Below are positions 26,677-35,407 of a DNA stretch of 64,000 bases, piece after piece. The DNA lies in contig JBHGNT010000006.1 of NCBI GenBank assembly GCA_043228905.1, positions 3,286,001 through 3,350,000 of the forward strand, written 5' to 3'. Both the position numbers and the translations under genes were made by a program. Source of the stretch: Azolla caroliniana. Its lineage: Eukaryota > Plantae > Polypodiophyta. The number at the start of each line of letters is the position of its first letter. Position 1 is the stretch's first letter. The notes below the pieces were generated by a model. The model was not told the origin of the DNA. It saw only the letters and a list, made by a program, of their open reading frames with translations, and ran no database searches.

Positions 26677-28849
26677 ATGGTGGGTGTGAAGAGGAAGGTG
26701 GGCAAACCAGACAAATCCAGCCACCCATTGCATTTTAACAGTGATGGTGATGATGCGATCCAAAATTTTCCTCACTCTCCTCGAAGCCCCCGGGAGTTGT
26801 GGGAAAAGGTGAAGCAAAAGTATCATTTAATAGAATTTCATGCCCTTCCGGATTACCTCCGTGACAATGAATTCATACTAGCTGGTTATAGAGCCAATTG
26901 GCCTCTCAAGCAAACGCTCTGGAGTATTTTCACACTCCATAATGAGACTCTCAACATATGGACGTAAGTCATTGCTTTTTCCCTTTTATCCTGTCCTAAA
27001 TGTGTGTTTTTTTGGTAAATCTAGATATCTTATATGCATTTTTTAAAAGGTTGTCTTATGGTTCTCTTTTGTAAAAATGTGTTATTGTTTGTTTCACCAT
27101 AATTTAAAACTTGGCTTCTTTTGTTCTCTTTAGTGAACACATTTATATGGCTCTGTCAACATAATTTAAAGATATTGCTTCTCTCTTTTGTAAAAATGCA
27201 TATGTATATTAATGTACCTTTGTTCCCTCTGGCAGAAATGTCTGTGTTCTCAATGTAAATATTTTAAAGATGTTGTTTCTTCTCAATAGGCATCTCATTG
27301 GGTTCATTATTTTTCTCGGGTTGACAATTTACACTGCGATGAAGCTTCCTGCAGTTGTACACATGCCAAACTTGTCGGCTCTTCCTCACATGTCTGATTT
27401 ACAAAAGATTCCTAAAGACTTCTTAACGGCATTATCGACATCTATTCATCATCTTCATGTACCTGAAGTTATTTCCAATGCTTTCCCAGAGGGCTTGAAT
27501 TTGCATTTATTGGAGACATTATCCAATTGTGTGCCTGAGTCGCTACTTTCCATGAACCGGACAGATCAATGTATTATTGTAAGATATCTTTTCATTCTGA
27601 TTGAGATCTATAAATATTTTGATATTTTCATTGGTTGATTTGTGCCTTTGCTGCATGAACGTTTTGCTCTGGGAGTTGAAATTGAGTTTTTTTAGGTTTG
27701 AAAATATGAACAAAGAGATTATAAAGCACAGTTGGTTATATTTCAAACAAAGCACTGAAATAACTTTCAGAAAGCAATTGGATAAAGAAGAATTAGTATT
27801 AAACAGACGAAAACAGTAAGCAATAAGCCATAATTTTGGTAAAATGAATCATAATTAGAATGATGTGTCACTTTGTGATAGCATCTCCCCCCCTAGTGTT
27901 AAGGCTTCCCAAATTACGTTCCAATCCTGAGATTTTCAAAAAGAATAGGTTCTCTTAGAGAACCATTGCTAATAAGTGCTTTGAGAGAATCATACACATA
28001 TTTAAACATTTTTTAAAGTAAAGTCAAGCATATCATTAACCACATTCATAAAGTTAAAACAATAAATATTTTTCATGAGCCCAAATTGATTGCATCTATA
28101 TGCTCTCTAACAACATCTGGAAACCATAATGATTTTTTACTATGCTGTATGCTCTCTCACATAATGGATTCATTTCCTTTTTGCAGGCTAGTGTGAAGAA
28201 TGACATTGCAAATCTGCTTGCCCCGTTTTTACACAAACCCATCACTCGGTGGCCATTCTTCATCTTTCTGGGTGGTGCCATGTTTTGTCTCTTTTCCAGC
28301 AGTTGTTGCCATCTCCTGTCCTGCCATTCAGAACGTGTTGCTTATATCATGCTTCGTATCGACTATGCAGGCATTGCAGCACTAATTGCAACCTCGTTTT
28401 ACCCCCCAGTTTACTATTCCTTCATGTGTAGCCCTGTGTTCCGGAACCTATACTTAAGTTTTATCACTATTGTTGGGATTGGGACAGTGCTCGTTTCATT
28501 ACTTCCCATGTTTCAGTCACCTGAGTATCGCACGTTCCGAGCTACCCTATTCCTTGTAATGGGTCTTTCTGGAATCGCTCCCATTATTCACAAACTTATA
28601 CTTCATTACCATGAACCAGAGGCTTTATATACTACTTTCTATGAGGTTGTGATGGGCATATTTTATATCCTTGGAGCTTTGATATATGCAACTAGGATAC
28701 CTGAACGATGGATACCTGGAAGGTTTGATATAGCCGGACATAGTCACCAATTGTTCCATGTGTTGGTTGTAGCTGGAGCATACACTCATTATCATGCTGG
28801 TTTATTGTACCTTCAATGGCGTGATGTGAAAGGATGTATTTCTCGATGA
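26677..28849 (+). CDS. Heptahelical transmembrane protein (PAQR/AdipoR/HlyIII family, HHP4/5-like), 3 coding exons, ~412 aa
   Basis: Exons 26677-26963, 27290-27578, 28187-28849, in frame. Motifs LPDYLRDNEFI..GYR, HNETLNIWTHLIG, RWPFFIFLGGAMFCL, SSxCHLLSCHS, DYAGI, PERWIPGRFDIAGHSHQLFHVLVVAGAYTHY. A 5'UTR intron at ~25706-26656 is likely. Confidence 0.95.
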
Positions 28850-30285
28850 CACAAACACACACAAACACAAACACACGCCCCTTCCTACACTATGTTCATA
28901 TTTTTGTTCATTTTAGCACAACTTTTTTATGGCTATATCTTTGTAATGTATATATTAGCTAGCTTCTTAAAGTACGTGAGAAACAAAGTGTCGTTCATGG
29001 TTCTGCTGCAATTGAATGCTGCATGGACTTTGCACATTACCAATAAATGTGCTGTAAAATATCAATAAGAATTTTAGTATTGGCAAATGGCTTCCCTCTT
29101 TCTTCCGTCTTCAGTCTCTGTTAATTTATATGACGAGGTTTATTGCTTCGATGCCAAAGTTGAGATCCAAAAATTGAAATTTTGTAGTAAAAGAAAACTA
29201 AAAATTTTAAGTGGGATTTGATGCTAGGTGAATGGGTTATTAGAAACACTAGGTGCAAGCTGCTCTAAAAGGAGGGGGAAATGAATACCAAAATCAGACT
29301 GAGATAAATAAAATGTAAGAAAACGACTGAAAAGAAGGGTGCATGCGTAAAAAACGAGAGGTGAAAGAGACCATGTGTTTCATGATCCACAAGACAACAA
29401 ATAGAACCGGTAGCATTCTTTGCTTCATATATGGCAGTATATTTGTAACTTGAGGGTGATATTTGAACAATGAAGACATGATGGTGAGCAATGATGATGT
29501 TTGCAACATCCTCCGGAAGCTGGAACCATAACCTTATGGAAGCCAAACAGAGTATTACAAGACAATCTCCTTTGCTATTGGAACTATTGTGGGGGATGTA
29601 TTCACGTGGATTGTGTTCTTTTCTTAAGGTCACTTGTATATTTAAATAGAGAGCACACAAGCTGATCCATCTCACAAACTGATGGTCAGAAGCATTATTG
29701 GATGATTGTGAGTGCTTCATAGTGTAGTGTCGTAGACAAGTTCACCTCAATCATGCTAATCATTTGGTGCTGTAGTGTCTTGGTGGTTCTGCATTGGCAA
29801 CAATTTTACATACATCCAACAAAATTCCTCTCAAATAATTATCTTTACTTATATGATACATCTACATAGCAATAAGAAGAGACACTTGACTTCATCAATT
29901 AAAGAATATCCATCAATAAATAAATAAAATATGTAGATGCTCCTGAAGAGAACTTTTCCTACATAAATAACAGTTAAAATATAAGGCACGTAAGCATTTA
30001 TAATACTAGTTCCTTCTAATTTGAAGATTCAGGTCATTCCTTGCTCAAAGTGTTATTGCAAGATGTTTCCTTTATGGTCTATATCGTGTTAATGAGTTTC
30101 AGACTGAGTAGTACACAATTACAATTAAAAAAATGTAAATAGTCAAAATCATGAGTACCAAGACACAAAATCTATGATAAAAAAACGTATCACAATTAAG
30201 GTGTGGTGAACGCATTTACTAATTTTGTAGTAAGAGACTCTTTCTCCTCTCAACATCACGTACATATTTTCTCTTCTTCACTTAT

Positions 30286-30458
30286 TTTTATTTTGCATTG
30301 TAATGACAGTGTTAAACTGTAACTGTGTACGTAAGACAAGCTGTCAGTGGGCTGTGGCTGCTGTTGCATTTAATTTTATTTTGCATCGTAATGACAGTGT
30401 TAAACTGTAAGTGTGTACGTAAGACAAACTGCCAGTGGGATGTGGCTGCTGTTGCATT
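30286..30458. repeat. ~88-bp tandem duplication
   Basis: TTTTATTTTGCATyGTAATGACAGTGTTAAACTGTAA...GTGGCTGCTGTTGCATT occurs twice with few mismatches. Confidence 0.85.
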
Positions 30459-31029
30459 CAATTGTGATAAAAGAATAACGGAGTATTGAAAATGCTAATT
30501 AGCTTGTAAAAGGACATGTAAAATGTGATCATACTTCGATCAATATCAGATTGAAAAAGGGCCTAGGAAAATGTTTGAAACCTGTCAAGGTAAAGCAAAA
30601 TTAGCTAAAGCAAGTGTGAGATATACCCAAAAAGTATATGGAAACTTGACACCAAAGCAATGACTAGGTGTCAAGGAAACGAATCACTAAATCAATGAAG
30701 TGTGGAAACAGGATTTAATTTAAATTAAGAAACAGTCTACAATAAAGTGTTGTATGTCCAAGGTGGTAAATAAAAAAATGCAGGCATATTATGCGTTCAG
30801 TCAATGGACGACATGGTTAAATCCATGATGATACAGTTATAATATTGCAAAGATGGTAATACAATTCATTGCATACAATTGGTACATATATACTTGTGCT
30901 GAGTTCCAAACTAAATATACAAATATCAGTTGCAATCATATGTAACTGTTCTTGTGTACATCCCTCATCTTTTAATTCTCATCAATAGAACCATGATATG
31001 TGCTCTACATTTTGGTTTCTTTACCAAAT

Positions 31030-34000
31030 TTAAAACAAAAGATGGCGACACCAATCGAGTCCTTTGAGTAACTCCTTCAGTGGTCCTGGTATTGGGAGGC
31101 CATCAATTGTGCTCTGTTTTGGTAAGACAACGAGCACCTGACAAATAGGTAAAACAATATTTTAAATAGATATCTTCACACAGAGCAGGCAACTCAAATA
31201 TTCAAAACCCAACGTTTGATAAAGACATCAGAACGTTTTCATGTGCATAGAATTCTTGTTAACGAAAAATATGGCCAATCTTGGAAAATGGTTAGTTACT
31301 CAAGCTCTCACCCCAGTCATCGATTGCCACATATGGCAGTTGAAGCCCCCCCCCCCCTTAAGGGGAAAAGAAAAAGGTTTCTGATCTAGGAAACTAGCTT
31401 GAAAATTTACAGGCTTTTCATTAAAGCCTCTTCTCTATTGTAAATTTAATTTTTGTCTTGAAACATCAACTATATCAACAAAAACACCTGAAGGTCAGGT
31501 AACTCTAAATGACTATTTAGTGCCATGGCAATACTTACTGTAAGCTTTCTGCGACCCCAAATGAGAGCATCTCTATGTGATTTGTGGTATAGATCAATTC
31601 GATTTGGCCCCTTTATTGCACTACCCCTATCTTCAACCTGCAAATGTCAAAACATTATTTGTACATATGATGCATGGTATCCTATTATTCCCAGCAAATA
31701 GAATAGGACATGTTACATCATTATGGAGCAAAAGGGTGCACATATTTCCAAGCAATTAGTTTTTGTGCACATATTTCCAAGCATCATCACGCAAATATTT
31801 TTATCAAGAGACTCTTGACCAATCCCTATAGGGCCTTGAAACTGCTATATGATGATATTAGAGAGAGAGAATACCTGACCCCAACCATATCCAGGAATAA
31901 ACATTTTTGTCCCAAATGGGTAATAGTCTGTATCTGCAGCAATTGTACCATGCCTAGGTAACAGCTTCCATGGAAACAATACACGTCCTAATAGCTTATG
32001 GTACTGCATCAAACTTAGTTCTGAAAAAATTGGTGGTCGAGCCTACATAAGAAACAAAGATCATTCAAATTTTGATAGAAACGAAAGATAGGTCAGTTTT
32101 TGCATCTCATTGTCAAAACCATTTTGCATTCAGTGAAGTTTCCTAGCTTTAAAGAGAATTCAAGTAATTTATAGGTCAGGAGGATTATCATGCCTGATTA
32201 CACACTGAAATTGTCATAAAAAATTTGCAGGTCCAACAATATCCTTCTGAGCATATTTTGCTGCTTCTTTAACTTTTAGTTCAAAGAAATATAATGATGT
32301 CTGTCCATTATTTACCAGAGTATTCATAAACAGCCTCCATATATGAATGTAATACCTTTATTTTCAAAAATCAAACAATCTTGTTCTATTTTATACTTTT
32401 TATATTCTAAAACTAGAAAGAAAGTGTTCACTAAAATAGGTATTTCCATGTCTACATAAATAATTGAATATCTGTGCCTAAATATTTCAGGAAACATAGT
32501 GTAAGGCTTGCCATGAACCCATGCAGTAACTGCATTAATTTTGTGACATTAGAAATGGGTAAGAAGCTGCAGAGTACAAGGTTGTGAATAATTCTTTCCT
32601 AGACCAGCATAATTAGCCATTTGACCAAGAAATAGGTACCACCAATCCCTCCATAATATTAAAATATCAAAGAAGAATGAAAAAGGTGATTTCAAACTCC
32701 CTTCAGGTAGGTTATGAGTCAGTTTACATACTAATGAGCTCAACGAGTTTTTATGCATGGATGAGATATCATGTAATGTTATGATTGAAACTTGAATCTC
32801 ATAGGTCACTATTGCCTCTATAGAGATGATAGTATAGTCTCATTTTTCTTAATTGAAGATATAAACGTCCATACAAACACACTTGAGCATACTTGTGCAG
32901 GATAACGTCCATTTGAAGTGAAACCATAATAAGGAGATCCCTCCAAAGTAGTGCCAATCCAATACCTACAAATATACAAGATATGATAAGAAAATATCTA
33001 AAAAGAAGTGTGCAATATGAGCTAACAAATATACCAAATATAGAGAGAGGAAGAAAGATGAAATTTGAAAGAAAGAAACCACATATAAAACTGCAAATGA
33101 CAAAATGAATCATGTAAGAATGCAACATCATAGAGAGAGGAAGAAAGATGAAATTTGAAAGAAAGAAACCACATATAAAACTGCAAATGACAAAATGAAT
33201 CATGTAAGAATGCAACATCGGTTAAGAAATTTATATAACATAGAGAATGAATCCGAAAACATAGATGAATTAGAAATACTTTGCAAAAAATGGAGTTCTC
33301 TTCCTTTCAATGTATCCTTTTCTTCGAGCACGAATCTTGAATGGCATCCATGATGAAGAAAACCCGAGATACAATGAAGACGGTAACAGCAAGCCCCACT
33401 CCCACTTACAACATTGTCCACAGCTGTAGGGTAAAATACCACAAATCCATGAATTAGAATGATACAAAAATAGGGAAAATCGCCAAAATCACCAAATGTT
33501 CCCCTTTATTTCCCTAGATGCCCCTAGGTTTTCATTATTTCCTGAAATTCCCTAGGTAAACCCCTGAAAGAGCATTGACCATATAGTTGCTCTTCACGGA
33601 TCGAGCTAGGGAATTACAGGAAAACACAAAAACCTAGAGGCATCTGGTGAAATAAAGGAATGTTTGGGATGTTGCAGGGATTTTCTATAAAGATCAGTAA
33701 AGAGTAGAGATCGATGATTGAGGATACAAAAACACAAATTTCCTTTGGATTCATAGTGTATTCAGCAAGATAAACTATTGAGAGCATAACTCTTTGGATT
33801 TGGTATATCTTGAACCCTATAATTTGGTTTACACAAAATCCATGAATTTGGTTAATGCCAGTTAATGAGGAAATAAAAGCAACATAATTTCATTGGATCA
33901 TTTTGATGTATATTCAGCCAAGACCAGTGAATGAGCAAATAACTCTATACTTCACGGCGAAGATCAATACCATTAACACAAAAAGCGCACAACTCTTTGG

Positions 34001-34959
34001 GTTCAGTGTAATATATATTTTGAGTTTGTTTCTATGGATTCACTTGTGTATGATGAAAAATAATGAATTAACTTATACAAAAATAATGGTGGTGAGCATA
34101 TACACTCACATAATTAGTTGAGTTTGTTTTGTATTCAACAAATACCAACTATTGAGCACAAAAAAATGCGCAACCCCTTGGATTCATTGTGTATTCATTA
34201 ACTACCATTAAGTAATAAAAAAATACATAATTTCTTTCATTTAATGTGTAACTTGAACCTAGTGTTTCATTGCATTTTGCACATTATTCTTTCAATTGCC
34301 TCTATATGTTGAAGCTTCTTCTTTGGACTCACAGTGTATATCTTGTTCCTTGAATCACTGTGATTCTGCTCCTTATCCTTAGTATTTTCATATTTTGTTG
34401 AACCTTAGTCTCCTTGGTCTTTGTATTTTGAAACTTGGTCTACACATTTTCAACCTAATTCCATGTGCTTTAAACTATCATTATTTGTATCTGAACGTAT
34501 GTCTTAACTTGCTGAACCGTATCATAGTATTTTGATTGTTTTGTATGTGGAACCTATTTCTTTGTATTTTTAGCATGGCTCTGGATTCAGAGTAGTATAT
34601 GTTATGTGTGTGTCTTTTGAAACTTCTTCTTTAAACTCACTATATATGTGTGTGTTAAACCTTACTCCTTGGATTCATTGTGTATATAATTGAGCCTTAT
34701 TCTTCGCATTCACTGTATATATACTATTGAGCCTTATTTTCGGGGGATTTCACTTTTATTTGATATGAATTTCTATTGTTTGGTTCACTGTGTTTCCTGG
34801 ACCTGTAAAAATAGATCTGATGTATATGTGTATACGCGCACGCGCACATGTATAGAACATTGAATTCCTGCGAAGGATGAATTCAATGGAAGGTATGATG
34901 CAGGAAGAAACATACCTGCAGTAAGCCGTGCATTCGATCTCTGTCTTGAAAGGAGGCAT
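31030..34959 (-). CDS. 3D-domain (three-Asp, MltA-like double-psi beta-barrel) putative lytic transglycosylase, 6 exons, 211 aa
   Basis: Exons 34916-34959, 33280-33423, 32893-32965, 31875-32042, 31539-31637, 31030-31137 (636 nt, all GT-AG, phases 2/2/0/0/0, no internal stop). Protein: MPPFKTEIECTAYCSCGQCCKWEWGLLLPSSLYLGFSSSWMPFKIRARRKGYIERKRTPFFAKYWIGTTLEGSPYYGFTSNGRYPAQARPPIFSELSLMQYHKLLGRVLFPWKLLPRHGTIAADTDYYPFGTKMFIPGYGWGQVEDRGSAIKGPNRIDLYHKSHRDALIWGRRKLTVLVVLPKQSTIDGLPIPGPLKELLKGLDWCRHLLF. The TAY...TSNG...IAAD..YPFGT...IPGYG...EDRGSAIKG.RIDLY...A..WGRR pattern is the 3D-domain signature. Confidence 0.9.
33040..33218. repeat. Perfect 90-bp tandem duplication in intron 2 of the 3D-domain gene
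   Basis: ATAGAGAGAGGAAGAAAGATG...CATGTAAGAATGCAACATC at 33040 and 33130; identical as far as I can read. Confidence 0.92.
33470..33689. repeat. ~220-bp imperfect fold-back (inverted repeat), possibly an old MITE, in intron 1 of the 3D-domain gene
   Basis: Left arm CCTTTATTTCCCTAGATGCCCCTAGGTTTTC...TTTCCTGAAATTCCCTAG pairs with right arm CTAGGGAATTACAGGAAA...AAAACCTAGAGGGCATCTGGTGAAATAAAGG. An inner stem (GAAAGAGCA/TGCTCTTC) and outer arms also pair. Confidence 0.8.
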
Positions 34960-34985
34960 AGCGAGACGCTCGACGGATCGCACTG

Positions 34986-34997
34986 TTAGAGCTCCAT
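34986..34997 (-). promoter_or_regulatory. Candidate minimal uORF (ATG GAG CTC TAA; M-E-L-stop) 26 nt upstream of the 3D-gene start
   Basis: The minus strand reads AAAACATGGAGCTCTAA, then 26 nt to GCTATGCCT. It only counts as a uORF if it lies inside the transcript, and the TSS is not known. Confidence 0.5.
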
Positions 34998-35051
34998 GTT
35001 TTATCGATCGAGGAAGAAAGAAGAAACTAGAGATGTCTCTATGTGTTTTCT

Positions 35052-35407
35052 GGCTATTTCCCGAAATGCCCTTCTAATTTTTGGCCATTTCCGGGAATGC
35101 CCTTGGCCAATGGGAATGGGATCATGGCACCTGCCCCACATGGAGTGAGTAGCTCGCACATCTCATTGACGCTGCACAAGGGGGCTATTTCCCGAAATGC
35201 CCCTCTAATATTTTGCCATTCCCGGGAGTGCCCCTGGCCAATGGGAATGGGATCATGGCACCTACCCAAATGGAGTGAGTAGTTCACATCTCATTAAGGC
35301 TGCACAAGGGGTTATTTCCCGAAATGCCCCTGGCCAATGGGAATGGGATCACGACATCTACCCGGATGGAGTGAATAGCTCACATCTCATTGAGGCTGCA
35401 GAAGGGA
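35052..35407. repeat. ~130-bp tandem repeat x3 (third copy internally deleted) just upstream of the 3D-domain gene; each unit has GGCCAATGGG
   Basis: Units start at ~35052, ~35183, ~35310 (GGCTATTTCCCGAAATGCCC); CCAAT at 35107, 35238, 35334. Confidence 0.88.

Noticed and set aside
29265-29720. 151-aa minus-strand ORF
   Set aside because: No recognisable motif or splice partners; may be the antisense of a decayed element.
33740-34795. Repeat-spacer pattern as a possible CRISPR array
   Set aside because: Repeats are degenerate, spacing is irregular, they sit in a spliceosomal intron and no cas genes are present.
31030-34959. Bacterial contamination as the source of the 3D domain
   Set aside because: The domain is split by five GT-AG introns and lies between ordinary plant genes of similar composition.
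35334-35353. Possible ER-stress element CCAAT...CACG in the third upstream repeat
   Set aside because: The spacer is 11 nt rather than the 10 nt of the plant consensus, and the other two copies read CATG.
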